From contig OZ245006.1 in NCBI GenBank assembly GCA_965223545.1, positions 1,024,001 to 1,088,000 on the forward strand: a stretch of 64,000 nucleotides of DNA, given 5' to 3'. The notes beneath the pieces were generated by a model, which was given only the letters and a program-made list of their open reading frames with translations, was not told the DNA's origin and did not search any database. A program made the position numbers and the translations under genes. Positions 19,894-30,358 of the stretch are shown one piece after another. Position 1 is the first letter of the stretch. Each line of letters opens with the position of its first letter. This stretch comes from Planctomycetota bacterium (GTDB taxonomy: Bacteria > Planctomycetota > UBA1135 > UBA2386).

Positions 19894-22038
19894 CTACTTC
19901 ACCGCGTCCCACTCGAAGAAGCGGTCGAGGCCGTTCGCCGACGTCGGCGGCCGGCGCCAGCTCTGCAGCTGCTGATAGACGTAGGTGCCGCGCGCCAAGA
20001 GGTCGGCGTCGCCGTACATCTGCCCGTAGCGCATGGCCAGCTTGACCGCCGGAATCGACCACTCGTTGAACCCGGTGCCGAACGCCCAGAGGATGTACGC
20101 CGGATTCGCGTACTGCTGCGCGGTGAGCGACCTGCCGCCCTCTTGCCACGCGACCGCGGTGCCGACGATCAGCTGGCTGGGAGTGATCAGCCACCCCCAG
20201 GTCATCAAGCTCTTGGTCGCCATGACGGCGACGAGGTGGGCGTCGAAGTCGCCGAGCACGCGGTACACGGCCTCGAGCCCCAGAATCGCCTGCGCATCCT
20301 CCCACGGTGACCAATAGGTCTCGTTCAGGTTGCGCGGGTTGGGCGCGTACAGCGTCACCGGCCGCACCGGCCCCTTCACCTTCAGGCCGACCGCGTTGGC
20401 GCGGATCACCTCGTGCACGCGCCGGCCGATGTGCTGCGCCAGCTCGTCATTGCCGGTGCACAAGTAGTTCCACGCCATGCTCATCAGCGTGCGGCCGATC
20501 GAACGCGAAGCGGCCATGCCATTCGTCGAGGTGTTTGGCCGCTGGCTGGGAACGGTGTGCTGGGCGATGTAGAGCTGCGCCTCGTTCTCCATCTCGTGCC
20601 GCAGGGAGTGACTGCCGGTGAGCAGATAGGTGGCGGACAGCGTGAGGCTGGACCAGTGCTGGCCGTCGCGCCCCTGCCAGCCGTTCGCCTGCACGGTCGC
20701 CGGCGGAAACGGCTTGCCGAGGCGATCCGGGCTGGTCTGTCGACTGAAGTGCGTGCGGCCATCCCACGTCACCCAGCGCGGGTGGTCGACGACGCGCACC
20801 GGCCGGCCGTCGCGCTCGCGATGGTGCACGGGCCGATTGGCCTCTTCGCTCATGTTGAAGCGCCCCTCGGCGATCCCGTCGGGTAGGCCCGAGGCGAACA
20901 CGGCCAACAGCTTGGCAGTGCCGAAGTCGGGCTGCCAGCCGGTCGACCACGGCGCCGGGAAGAGGCCGAGCGGATAGTCCTCCCATTGGCGACCGGGTTG
21001 CGCGACCCAACTCTCGAACGCGACGCGCTGCGCGGTCACCGCCGCACGGCCGCCGTCCTTGATCCACGGCGGAAAGTCGGGGACATGCCCGAACGGCCCG
21101 AACGCACCCGACGCCTTCCAGTCGGTGCTGACGCCGACCAGGTCGGCTTGCACGACGGCCGCCAGGGTCGCCGCGCGCTTGGCTTCACTCGCCGCGCCGG
21201 TCGGGTGATAGAACAACAGGTCACCGAACCACTCCTGCGCCTGCCCGTCGAAAAAGGTCGTCCGCCCCAGCAGTCGCACGGCGTTGGGACCCGTCGTGCT
21301 CGGCGACGACATCCGGACGCCACGACGAATCGCACCGTGGACGCTGGGAATCGCGCCGTGGACGATCAAATCGAGCCCCTCGATCGTCGTCAGCCACTGT
21401 GCCGACTCGGTGCTGCTGCTGGTGACCCGCAGCTCGAACGGGACGTGGTCTTGGCCGGAGTAGACACTCAGCCACAGGTCGTAGACGAGATCGGTGCGCG
21501 GAAGGCGCGCGCGAAAGTGGAGCACCTGGCGAAACCGACTGTTCTCGACCACGCGCAACAGTGACATCGGCGCCGTCTGCGTGCCGATCTCCTTGCCGGT
21601 CACCACCAGCTGCATGTTGAACACGGGCAAGCCGGTGCGCACCCAGGACGACAGGGCGAACGGCGGGCTCGCACTCTGACCCTGCACCACGTTGACGACG
21701 GTCTCGGCACCGGCCGCCAGGTCGAGCGGGACCACCAGCTGGGCGTAGCGCACACTGCCGTCGGGCCAGCGCGCCCCGAACGGCAGGAGCTCCGCTGGCA
21801 GCCCCGGCACCGTGAAGCTCTTGCCGGCCGTCCACACACCGGCCGGGAACGGCACCGTCGCCACGCCCCATTGGGTGCGCGGGGTGTTGGCGAAGTTGAC
21901 GAACCGAACGCTCGTGCTGAAGCCCTGTGCAGCCAATGGCATCAGGGTCACGAGCAACGCCGCGGCGGCGGCGCGGGTCAGGCAGGTCAGGTGGGTGGAG
22001 AGGGGGCGGAGGGGAAGGACTCGTCGGCTGTGGGGCAT
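19894..22038 (-). CDS. Secreted protein, YetA/PcRGLX-like (rhamnogalacturonan lyase-like fold) candidate
   Basis: Signal peptide; VPFPAG...RWPDGSVRYAQL N-terminal motif; aromatic-rich helical C-terminal half. Confidence 0.5.
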   Translation of the reverse strand: MPHSRRVLPLRPLSTHLTCLTRAAAAALLVTLMPLAAQGFSTSVRFVNFANTPRTQWGVATVPFPAGVWTAGKSFTVPGLPAELLPFGARWPDGSVRYAQLVVPLDLAAGAETVVNVVQGQSASPPFALSSWVRTGLPVFNMQLVVTGKEIGTQTAPMSLLRVVENSRFRQVLHFRARLPRTDLVYDLWLSVYSGQDHVPFELRVTSSSTESAQWLTTIEGLDLIVHGAIPSVHGAIRRGVRMSSPSTTGPNAVRLLGRTTFFDGQAQEWFGDLLFYHPTGAASEAKRAATLAAVVQADLVGVSTDWKASGAFGPFGHVPDFPPWIKDGGRAAVTAQRVAFESWVAQPGRQWEDYPLGLFPAPWSTGWQPDFGTAKLLAVFASGLPDGIAEGRFNMSEEANRPVHHRERDGRPVRVVDHPRWVTWDGRTHFSRQTSPDRLGKPFPPATVQANGWQGRDGQHWSSLTLSATYLLTGSHSLRHEMENEAQLYIAQHTVPSQRPNTSTNGMAASRSIGRTLMSMAWNYLCTGNDELAQHIGRRVHEVIRANAVGLKVKGPVRPVTLYAPNPRNLNETYWSPWEDAQAILGLEAVYRVLGDFDAHLVAVMATKSLMTWGWLITPSQLIVGTAVAWQEGGRSLTAQQYANPAYILWAFGTGFNEWSIPAVKLAMRYGQMYGDADLLARGTYVYQQLQSWRRPPTSANGLDRFFEWDAVK

Positions 22039-22393
22039 CGGTGCGATGTCATGGGAGTCGGAGGGGTCCTCCGGACGGCTGCGTGGCCCGGATGCTAACG
22101 GCCGTTTTGGAAGACCCGGAGTGCGCCGCGCGCGCCGACCTTGACCGATCTGACTGCCACTTCGTATCTCGTTGCAGCCGGCGGAGTTCGCGCCTGAATC
22201 GTTTTCCACAGGCGAGTTCCGCCCGGGCCGGGCCTCGGCGTTGCGGCGGAGGGGGCGGACGGCGGCACCCCATCGTTGTCTCCTGTTCGCAGCATCGGCG
22301 TTTGCGGCTCGCAAAGGGCAACCCGCCGGCGTATGCCGGCAGGTCGCCGCCCCGCCCCCGACTCCTCTCTTCAACCCCGTCCCCCGAGCCCAG

Positions 22394-24220
22394 ATGCGCC
22401 CGATCACGTTCCGCGTCCCGATCCTCATGTCCTGTCTCGGCCTGGCGACCGCGGCCGCCGCGCAAGACACGACCGCGCCCGCCGCACCCGCTGCGACCGG
22501 CGCCGCCACCGCCGCCGCGCTGGTTCCCGCCGACGTCGTCGACCGCATCATCGAAGAGGGCATCGACAACAGCCACGCGATGCACTACCTCGACGCGTTG
22601 ACCAACGGCATCGGGCATCGCCTGACGGGGTCGCACAACTACGACGCCGCCTGCCGGTGGGCGTTGGCCGAGTTTCGCGCGCTCGGTCTCGAGGCCGAGC
22701 TCGAGCCCTGGGCGACGTGGAAGACCGGTTGGGACCGCGGCCAGTGGTCGGGGCGGGTCACCCACCCGGTCGCGATGGAGCTGCAGGTCGCCACCCCGGC
22801 GTGGACCGCGGGCACGCGGGGGGCCACCCGGGGGCGACTGCTGGTGTTGCCCGAATCGCTCGATGCATTCACGGCCATGGGTGAGCAGGTGCGCGGCGCC
22901 TTCCTGTTCGACCTGGCGAGCATCCCCGACTACGACGACCCGGACCGCGAGCGCTACGGCGGCGTGCCGGAGTGGGTGCGCGAGCACGCCGTGGCTGCCG
23001 GCGTCGCCGGCATCGTCACCAGCTCCATCGGAACGCCGGAGTACCCCAACCGAATCCGCGTGTTCGCCGATCGCCGTTCGGTGCCCTGGCTGTCCGAAGA
23101 CCGCGGCCAGCTGCCGGAGGTCGTCGTCCGCTACGACCAAGCGGAGAGGCTGCGCTGGCTGCTCACCCACAACGAGCGGGTCGACGTCGAGTTCGACATC
23201 CGCAACCGCTACCGGAAGGGCCCGATCGAGCTGCACAACGTGGTCGCCGAGTTGCGCGGCACCGAGAAGCCCGACGAGGTGGTCTACGTCTGCGGGCACC
23301 TCGACTCGTGGCACCAGGCGACCGGCACGACCGACAACGGCACCGGCACGACGTCGACCATGGAAGCCGCGCGCATCCTGACCGCCGCCGGAGCGCAGCC
23401 CAAACGGACGATCCGGTTCGCGCTGTGGGGCGGCGAGGAGCAGGGCCTGTTGGGCTCGGCCGAGCACGTCAAGCGCCGCCGCACCGAGATGGACAAGGTC
23501 TCGTGCGTGCTCAACCACGACACCGGCACCAACTGGGCCTACCGGCTGTCGGTGACGGAAGCGATGCTGCCGCTGTTCGAGCGCGTAATGGCGCCGGTGA
23601 TGCAGCTGACGCCGCCGGACGCCGATCACGAAGGCCCGGTGTTCTCCCTGCGCGCGGTCCGCCAGCTGCGCGGAGGTGGCGGGAGCGACCACGCCTCGTT
23701 CACCGCCGCCGGCGTGCCCGGGCTCGCCTGGGGCCTCACCGGCCGCAGCGATTACTTCGGCTACACCTGGCACACGCAGTGGGACAGCTACGATGTGGCA
23801 ATCCCCGAGTACCAGCGCCACACCGCCACGGTGATCGCGCTGACCGCCCTCGGCGTCGCCAACCTGGAAGAGCTGTTGCCGCGCGAGGGCGTCGTGCGCG
23901 GCCGCGGCCGCGGTCGTGGCGACGCGACCCAGATGTTCGCCGATCGCCTCGACGCCACCATCGAAGGTCTGGCCTTCACCGCCGTCCGCGACGGCGGCAT
24001 GGCGGCAACGGCGGGCATTCGCACCGGCGACACCGTGGTCAGCGCCAACGGCAAGCCGGTGAAGAGCGCCGCCGACATCTTCACGATTCTGCGCGAGGGC
24101 GGCAGCTTCACCGACCCGATCGCCCTGGTCTTGCGCCGCGGCGACGAGGAGGTCGAGGTCTCGGTCGCGCCGTTCGCCGACTTCGGCCGCCGTCGCGGGG
24201 GCACGCGACGCGAACGCTGA
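22394..24220 (+). CDS. M28-family metallopeptidase (carboxypeptidase Q-like) with C-terminal PDZ domain
   Basis: IGHRLTGS, GHLDSW, GTTDNGTG, WGGEEQGLLGS, GSDHASF, WHTQWD; PDZ-like AGIRTGDTVVSANG. Confidence 0.88.
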   Translation: MRPITFRVPILMSCLGLATAAAAQDTTAPAAPAATGAATAAALVPADVVDRIIEEGIDNSHAMHYLDALTNGIGHRLTGSHNYDAACRWALAEFRALGLEAELEPWATWKTGWDRGQWSGRVTHPVAMELQVATPAWTAGTRGATRGRLLVLPESLDAFTAMGEQVRGAFLFDLASIPDYDDPDRERYGGVPEWVREHAVAAGVAGIVTSSIGTPEYPNRIRVFADRRSVPWLSEDRGQLPEVVVRYDQAERLRWLLTHNERVDVEFDIRNRYRKGPIELHNVVAELRGTEKPDEVVYVCGHLDSWHQATGTTDNGTGTTSTMEAARILTAAGAQPKRTIRFALWGGEEQGLLGSAEHVKRRRTEMDKVSCVLNHDTGTNWAYRLSVTEAMLPLFERVMAPVMQLTPPDADHEGPVFSLRAVRQLRGGGGSDHASFTAAGVPGLAWGLTGRSDYFGYTWHTQWDSYDVAIPEYQRHTATVIALTALGVANLEELLPREGVVRGRGRGRGDATQMFADRLDATIEGLAFTAVRDGGMAATAGIRTGDTVVSANGKPVKSAADIFTILREGGSFTDPIALVLRRGDEEVEVSVAPFADFGRRRGGTRRER

Positions 24221-24242
24221 ACACCGCGCGGCGCGCCGCGCT

Positions 24243-25124
24243 ATGCTTCGCGCCGTGGCAGCCACCAGCGGACCCCGCCTCGGCCTGATCGCCGGCGGCG
24301 GCAGCTTTCCGGTCGAGGTCGCGCGCGCGGCGCGCGCGCGGGGCTACTCCGTGGTCTGCGCCGGCATTCGCTTGGAGGTCGAGGACGCGCTGCGGGCCGA
24401 GGTCGACGTGTTCCGCCGCTTCGGCCTGCTCAGCTTCAACCGCTACCTGCGCTACTTCCGCCGCCACGGCGTGCGGCGGCTCGTGTTCGCCGGCTGGGTC
24501 CGCAAGGAGCGTTTGCTCAGCTGGCGCGGACTGCTCCACCACCTGCCCGACCTGCGCGCGGTGCGCTTCATCAGCCGGACGCTGCGCGGCCGAGACCGCC
24601 AGAGCCAGACGCTGCTGGCGGCGCTGTGCGAGGAGTTCGACCGCGAGGGCATGCAGGTCGAGCACTCGACCAGCGTCTGTCCGGAGCTGTTGGTCGGCGC
24701 CGGCGTGCTGGGCAAGCACCGGCCGCCCCAGCGACAGTGCGCCGACATCGCCTTTGGCTGGCGGGTCGCCAAGCGGATGGCGGATCTCGACGTCGGCCAG
24801 AGTGTGTGCGTCTGTGATCAGGCGACGGTCGCCGTCGAGGGCATCGAGGGAACCGACCGCAACATCCTGCGCGCGGGCGAGCTCTGCCGGCGCCCCTTCA
24901 CGGTGGTCAAGGTCGCGATGGAGGGCCACGACATGCGGTTCGACGTGCCGACCATCGGACCGAAGACGATCCAGACCCTGGCCCGCGCCGGCGGTGTCGC
25001 GCTGGCGGTCGAGGCCGGCAAGACCATCGTCCTCGACCGCGACGACGTAATCGCGTTGGCCGATCGGCACGGCATCGCAGTGATCGCACTGACCTCGCCG
25101 GCGGACTTGGAGCTCGATGACTGA
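24243..25124 (+). CDS. lpxI: UDP-2,3-diacylglucosamine diphosphatase LpxI (DUF1009)
   Basis: LGLIAGGGSFP, DVGQSV, AVEGIEGTD, DMRFDVPTIG, LAVEAGKT; start may be GTG at 24255. Confidence 0.9.
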   Translation: MLRAVAATSGPRLGLIAGGGSFPVEVARAARARGYSVVCAGIRLEVEDALRAEVDVFRRFGLLSFNRYLRYFRRHGVRRLVFAGWVRKERLLSWRGLLHHLPDLRAVRFISRTLRGRDRQSQTLLAALCEEFDREGMQVEHSTSVCPELLVGAGVLGKHRPPQRQCADIAFGWRVAKRMADLDVGQSVCVCDQATVAVEGIEGTDRNILRAGELCRRPFTVVKVAMEGHDMRFDVPTIGPKTIQTLARAGGVALAVEAGKTIVLDRDDVIALADRHGIAVIALTSPADLELDD

Positions 25125-25145
25125 GCCCGACGCAGCGAGGCGGCG

Positions 25146-26588
25146 ATGAGCAAGCAAGCCGTCGCCGGCAACTTCCTCGTCACCGGCGCCGGTCGAGGGC
25201 TGGGCATCTTCATCGGCATCGTCACGCTCGGTGTCCTGACCCGCTACCTCGGCGAGGTGCGCTACGGGTCGTACATGTTGGCGTTCGTGTTCCTCACCAC
25301 GGTGATCACGATCTCCAACTTCGGCTTCTCGACCGCGCAGCTGCACATGATGGCGCGCGCCGATCACCCGGAGGAACGCGTCGTCGGCGGCATCTTGGGG
25401 CTGCGCATCGGCGTCGGCGCCCTCTGCCTCATGCTGTCACCGCTGCTGTTGCCGCTGTTCGACTACGACGAAGCGGTGCATCGGTTGGTGCAGCTCGGCC
25501 TGCTGCCCTTCTTCTTCACCTACTTGTCGGGCGCGCTGGGACCGGTGTTCCAGAAGCACTTGATCATGACCCGAGCCGCGGTGGCCGCGCTGATCAATCG
25601 GCTGGTGTTCCTCGCGCTGATCCTGGCGTGCCGCGCCGCCGACCTCGGCGTCGAGTGGGTGATGGGCGCGCTGGCCGTCTCATCGGCGAGCAGCTTGGCT
25701 GCTCAGCTTTGGTTCCTGCGCGGAGTGGTGCGCATTCGACCACGGTGGGAGCCGGCGATCTGGCAGCAGGCCTGGGGCACCGGTTGGCCGGTGGCGATCC
25801 TGACCGGTCTCGGTCTGCTCTGCACCCAGGGCGACCTCTTGCTGGTGGGCAGCTACCACGGCCAGGCGGTGGCCGGCATCTACGGCCTGCCGTTCCGCAT
25901 CCTGTTGCTGATCATCAGCGTGGTGCCGACGCTGTTCATGGGCCTGATGCTGCCGCAGCTGACGCGGACCTGGCACCAGGGCGACCGCGCCGGGTTCCAC
26001 TCGTACTTGCAGGTGGCCTTCGACTTCCTCGTCCTCGCGCTGCTGCCGGTGCTGGTCGCCACCCTGATGCGCGCCGAGTCGATCGTCACCGCGCTCGCCG
26101 ATGCTCGGTTCGAGCCGGCGGCGGACGTCTTGCGCGTCCACGTGTTCGCGCTGGCGGCGATGTTCTTCGGCCTCCTCTACCGCCACGCCGGCATCGCCAT
26201 CGAGCACCAACGCCACCTGCTGCTGCCCAGCGCCATGGTCACCGCGGCGACCCTGGGTTTCTACTTCTGGGCAATCCCCGCGCACGGCATGGCCGGCGCC
26301 GCCTGGGGCCGGGCGCTGCACGCGACGCTCGGCAGCACGGCGACGTTCGCCCTGGTCTACCCGATGGTCCGCCACCTGCCGCACTTGCGGATCGCCGGCC
26401 GGGCGGCGGTCGCCGCCGCCGCCATGGCCGGCACGTTGCAGCTGCTGCCAGCGGTCCATGCCATCGTCGACATCGCCGCCGGTTGCGCGGTGTACGCGGG
26501 GGTCTTGCTGGCGACCGGCGCGGTGCGGTTTTCGCAGCTGCGGGACTCGCTCGCCACCCTGGGCAGCAACTCGTCGCGAAACCGTTGA
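25146..26588 (+). CDS. Wzx-like polysaccharide flippase
   Basis: Many TM segments; LTRYLG..YG.Y, AGIYGLPFR, IPAHGMAGAAW. Confidence 0.85.
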   Translation: MSKQAVAGNFLVTGAGRGLGIFIGIVTLGVLTRYLGEVRYGSYMLAFVFLTTVITISNFGFSTAQLHMMARADHPEERVVGGILGLRIGVGALCLMLSPLLLPLFDYDEAVHRLVQLGLLPFFFTYLSGALGPVFQKHLIMTRAAVAALINRLVFLALILACRAADLGVEWVMGALAVSSASSLAAQLWFLRGVVRIRPRWEPAIWQQAWGTGWPVAILTGLGLLCTQGDLLLVGSYHGQAVAGIYGLPFRILLLIISVVPTLFMGLMLPQLTRTWHQGDRAGFHSYLQVAFDFLVLALLPVLVATLMRAESIVTALADARFEPAADVLRVHVFALAAMFFGLLYRHAGIAIEHQRHLLLPSAMVTAATLGFYFWAIPAHGMAGAAWGRALHATLGSTATFALVYPMVRHLPHLRIAGRAAVAAAAMAGTLQLLPAVHAIVDIAAGCAVYAGVLLATGAVRFSQLRDSLATLGSNSSRNR

Positions 26589-26732
26589 CCGCGGCCTCGC
26601 TGACGGCGCGCCGTTACGTCGCACCGGGTCGACGCACGACGCCCCGGGCGACGGCGCCGCACCGACCCTCCCGCGCGCGGAACTTTGCGCACCACCTGCG
26701 ATTCTGACTCCGCTCCAGTCATAATCCCCCGG

Positions 26733-27485
26733 GTGAAGCCAGCAGCACGCAAGCTGATGATGGGCGGCCTCGTCGCAGCATTCGCCACGCAGACCACGCT
26801 GGTCTACACCGACGACACCGCCGACCGCACTCCCCGCCTCAGCGCCGAGGCGATGGTCGGCCGCGCTGTGTGGCACCGCGAGAACTGCCAGACTTGCCAC
26901 CAGATCTACGGCTTCGGCGGCTTTCTCGGACCCGACCTGACCAACGCCGCATCGCGACTGCCGCGCACCCGGATCGACGCCATGCTGACCGAGGGGTCCG
27001 GCCAGATGCCGGCGTTCCACCTCGAGCAGGCCGAGATCGAAGCGGTCTGGGCGTTCTTGCAGGCGATCGACGCCACCGGTGTCGGGCAGGCCCGCAACAC
27101 GCCGAAGCTCGACCGGACCGACGTCCAGCGCGCCATCGACGCGACGGTTCTGCAGCACCCGATGGATGCCGAGGCCAAGTCCGGGCGCATCCTGTTCGAG
27201 AACCTGTGTACCACCTGCCACTGCCCGTTGCAGGCGACCCCCAGCGGGGCGTTCTTGGCGCCGGATCTGAGCGACGTGACGCACCGGTTGTCGCGCGAGG
27301 AGTTGGTCGAGGTGCTCATCAACGGGCGCCCCGACCGCGGCATGCAGCCGACCGCCCTGTCGGAGAAGCACCGCGACGCGGTGATCGCATTCTTCACTTG
27401 GATGGCGGAGCACCGCGGTGCTCTGTGCCAGGCCGCCGGCGTGTCATCGGACCAGCAGTCGATCCCCTGGTGGGAATACCGCTGA
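26733..27485 (+). CDS. Di-heme NorC-like cytochrome c
   Basis: N-terminal anchor; NCQTCHQIYGFGGFLGPDLTN...MP (NorC-like); second CTTCH...APDL...GM domain. Confidence 0.85.
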   Translation: MKPAARKLMMGGLVAAFATQTTLVYTDDTADRTPRLSAEAMVGRAVWHRENCQTCHQIYGFGGFLGPDLTNAASRLPRTRIDAMLTEGSGQMPAFHLEQAEIEAVWAFLQAIDATGVGQARNTPKLDRTDVQRAIDATVLQHPMDAEAKSGRILFENLCTTCHCPLQATPSGAFLAPDLSDVTHRLSREELVEVLINGRPDRGMQPTALSEKHRDAVIAFFTWMAEHRGALCQAAGVSSDQQSIPWWEYR

Positions 27486-27528
27486 CCCGCGCCACCTCGC
27501 TCCGCTGGCGCACACCCGAAACCCTCTG

Positions 27529-28968
27529 ATGTCCGCAACCCCTACCCCCCAAACCGAGACGATCGACGCGGCCGCGACCGCGCGCGCTGATCGACTGGTC
27601 GCAGTGCAGCTGCGCATGGCGCTCGCCTGCATCGTGATCGCGGTCCTCGGCGGCGTCGTCGGCGCCCTGCACTACATCCCGTCGCTGTCGCCGGCACTGC
27701 ACGAGGCCGGCTTCGGCCTGACCAAGCTGCGCCCGCTGCACACCACGTTTGCCACGCTGTGGATCTACGGCGGGGCGATCGCCGTGATCTACCACTACCT
27801 GGGCAACCTCGGTCCCGGGTTGAGCACCGGCGACGCGCGGCGCTTCTGGCTGCACACGGCGTGCTGGATCACCGCCGGGATCGGCGTCATCGTCACGCTC
27901 GCGCTCGACATCTACAGCGGCCGCGAGTACCTCGGCTTCCACCCGGCGGTCTCGGCCGTGCTGCTCTTCGGCTGGCTGCTGTTCGCCTACAACTTCCTGC
28001 GCCGCGCCTGCCGCGACTTCTGGCGCCAACCGGTCTACATCTACTTCTGGACCGTCGGCATCCTGTACTTCGTCTACACCTTCGTCGAAGGCCACGCCTA
28101 CCTGCTGCCGTTCGTGCAGGAGCAGCCGGTCTACGACATCGCCTTGCACTGGAAGGCGTGCGGGACGCTGGTCGGCTCGTTCAACTTCCTGGTCTACGGC
28201 GCGCTGGTGTACGTGTCGGAGAAGCTCAGCGGAGACAAGCGCTACGGACAATCCTCGCTGGCGTTCGCCCTGTTCGGCGTCGGCTGCTTGAACTCGTTCA
28301 CCAACTTCGCGCACCACACCTACCACCTGCCGCAGGACGAGCTGGTCAAGTGGATCGCATTCATCGTCAGCATGACCGAGATCGTCATCCTGGCGCGACT
28401 GCTGTTCGACGTCGCCAACATGGTGCGCAAGCGCAGCGGGGAGAAGCCCTGCTACAACGCCGCTGCGGGCTACCTGGTGTCGGCCAAGTGGTGGACGACG
28501 GTGATGCTGACCCTCTCGATCCTCATCTCGGTGCCGTCGTTCAACAGCCTGATGCACGGCACCCACATGGTCACCGGCCACGCGATGGGCACCGAGCTCG
28601 GCATCGACACCATGGTGCTGTTCGGCGCCGTCTCGTTCCTGTTGTGCGAGATCTACAGCCACGCGCCGCGCGCTGTGTCCCACGTGGACGCTCCCCACAT
28701 GCGGGCGCACACCGCCCTGCTCAACGTCGCCATGGCGGTCTTGGTCGGCTGGCTGAGCCTGTCCGGCTTGGTGCACGGCATCTATCGCTACTACCAGGAG
28801 CCCTCGCCGGACTGGATCGGCTGGGGCACGTACTTGTTCCCGGTGACCGGCTCGGTGCTGGCGATTTGCCTGCTCTACCTCGTTTGGCGGTGGGCGCCGA
28901 TGTTGCTGCCGAGCGCCGGTGCCGCGCCCGCGGGCCGCACCGACACGTCGGGCGAACCGGCGATCTGA
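27529..28968 (+). CDS. Divergent NorB-like heme-copper oxidoreductase catalytic subunit
   Basis: About 12 TM; LRPLHT, GREYLG, FAHHTYH, HGTHMVTGHAM; canonical VHLWVEG replaced by KACGTLVG. Confidence 0.8.
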   Translation: MSATPTPQTETIDAAATARADRLVAVQLRMALACIVIAVLGGVVGALHYIPSLSPALHEAGFGLTKLRPLHTTFATLWIYGGAIAVIYHYLGNLGPGLSTGDARRFWLHTACWITAGIGVIVTLALDIYSGREYLGFHPAVSAVLLFGWLLFAYNFLRRACRDFWRQPVYIYFWTVGILYFVYTFVEGHAYLLPFVQEQPVYDIALHWKACGTLVGSFNFLVYGALVYVSEKLSGDKRYGQSSLAFALFGVGCLNSFTNFAHHTYHLPQDELVKWIAFIVSMTEIVILARLLFDVANMVRKRSGEKPCYNAAAGYLVSAKWWTTVMLTLSILISVPSFNSLMHGTHMVTGHAMGTELGIDTMVLFGAVSFLLCEIYSHAPRAVSHVDAPHMRAHTALLNVAMAVLVGWLSLSGLVHGIYRYYQEPSPDWIGWGTYLFPVTGSVLAICLLYLVWRWAPMLLPSAGAAPAGRTDTSGEPAI

Positions 28969-29257
28969 CCGCGGCCACGAGGCGGAGCGAGCGCACGCCC
29001 GCGACAGCGACCAGCCCACCGACCGCGAGAATCTCTCGCGCTCTCCGGACCCGTCGCCGAACAAGGGTTTTTGCGCCGTATCGGCGCCAGGCAGTATCCT
29101 GGCAAACACCGATCGTGGTCCCAACCATTCGCAGCCGACCCCGTCGTAGCTCGGCTCCGCCCGCGCACCGAGCCCAAAGGCCCGCGTTCTCGCGGCCGCC
29201 GGCCGCGCTTCGACCCGGGCGCCGGCGCCACCACCATCCGAGAGAGGTGGGCGCGGC

Positions 29258-30358
29258 ATGATCGGCCCCAACCCCCTCGAGTCCCGCCATCTGCTCCAGC
29301 TCGTCCTGGACAGCGTCGGCGAGGGCATCGTGGTGGCCGACCGCGCCGGCAAGTTCCTGCTCTGGAACCCACCCGCCCGACACCTGATTCCGGCCGGTCC
29401 GTCCGACGTCCCACCGGAAGAGTGGTCTCGGTTCTATTCGCTCCTGGACCCGGAGACGCGCGAACAGATCGCCACCGAGCAGCTGCCGCTCGTGCGCGCG
29501 CTGCACGGAGAGTCGGTCGACGACTTCGAGATGATCACGGTGGACCACACCGACCACAGCGAGCGCCGCATCAGCGTCACCGCGCGGCCCATGTTCGGCG
29601 AGGACGGCGAGCTGTGCGGCGCGGTCGCGGTGTTCCGCGACGTCGGCGACCGGCACCGGCTGCTCGAGCAGCTGCACCGCTCCAATGATGCACTGCGCGC
29701 CTACGCGCAGTCGGTGTCGCACGACCTCAAGTCGCCGCTGACCGCGATCACCGGCTTTGCCGAAGCGCTGCGGGAAGACTGCCAGGCGATCCTGCCGCAC
29801 GCGGCACGCGGCCACCTCAAGGAGATCGAGAACGCGGCCACGCGCATGGCGCGCTTGATCGACGACCTGCTGGAGCACGCCCGCCTCGGCGACGGCTGGG
29901 ACGGCATGGTCGACGTCGATCTCGACCCGTTGTTGGACAACGTGCTGCACAATCTGGCGGCCGACCTGCAGGGCCGCGACGCCGCGGTGGCGGTCGAGCG
30001 GCCGTTGGGCACGGTGGTCGGCCACGCGATCGGACTGCAGCAACTGCTGCAGAACCTGCTGTCCAACGCGGTCAAGTTCGTCCCGCCCGACCGACAACCC
30101 CAACTGCACGTGGCGTCTATCGCCGACGACAGCTGGTTCGAGCTGCAGGTGCGCGACAACGGCGTCGGCATCGATCCGAAGTACCACCAGCACGTCTTCG
30201 ACCTGTTCCGGCGCCTGCACCCCAATCGCGAATGGCAGGGCACCGGCATCGGCCTCGCGTTGGTCAAGAAGACGGTCGAGCTGCACGGCGGCGAAGTGCT
30301 GATCGACAGCGAGCTGGGCCGGGGCAGCACCTTTCGGGTGCGCCTACCGCGGCGCTGA
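29258..30358 (+). CDS. Cytoplasmic PAS-domain histidine kinase
   Basis: [37 protein letters not shown]; no adjacent response regulator. Confidence 0.9.
   Translation: MIGPNPLESRHLLQLVLDSVGEGIVVADRAGKFLLWNPPARHLIPAGPSDVPPEEWSRFYSLLDPETREQIATEQLPLVRALHGESVDDFEMITVDHTDHSERRISVTARPMFGEDGELCGAVAVFRDVGDRHRLLEQLHRSNDALRAYAQSVSHDLKSPLTAITGFAEALREDCQAILPHAARGHLKEIENAATRMARLIDDLLEHARLGDGWDGMVDVDLDPLLDNVLHNLAADLQGRDAAVAVERPLGTVVGHAIGLQQLLQNLLSNAVKFVPPDRQPQLHVASIADDSWFELQVRDNGVGIDPKYHQHVFDLFRRLHPNREWQGTGIGLALVKKTVELHGGEVLIDSELGRGSTFRVRLPRR

Noticed and set aside
26733..28968. Naming these genes norC/norB or ccoN
   Set aside because: Key ligands differ from both families, so gene symbols were withheld.
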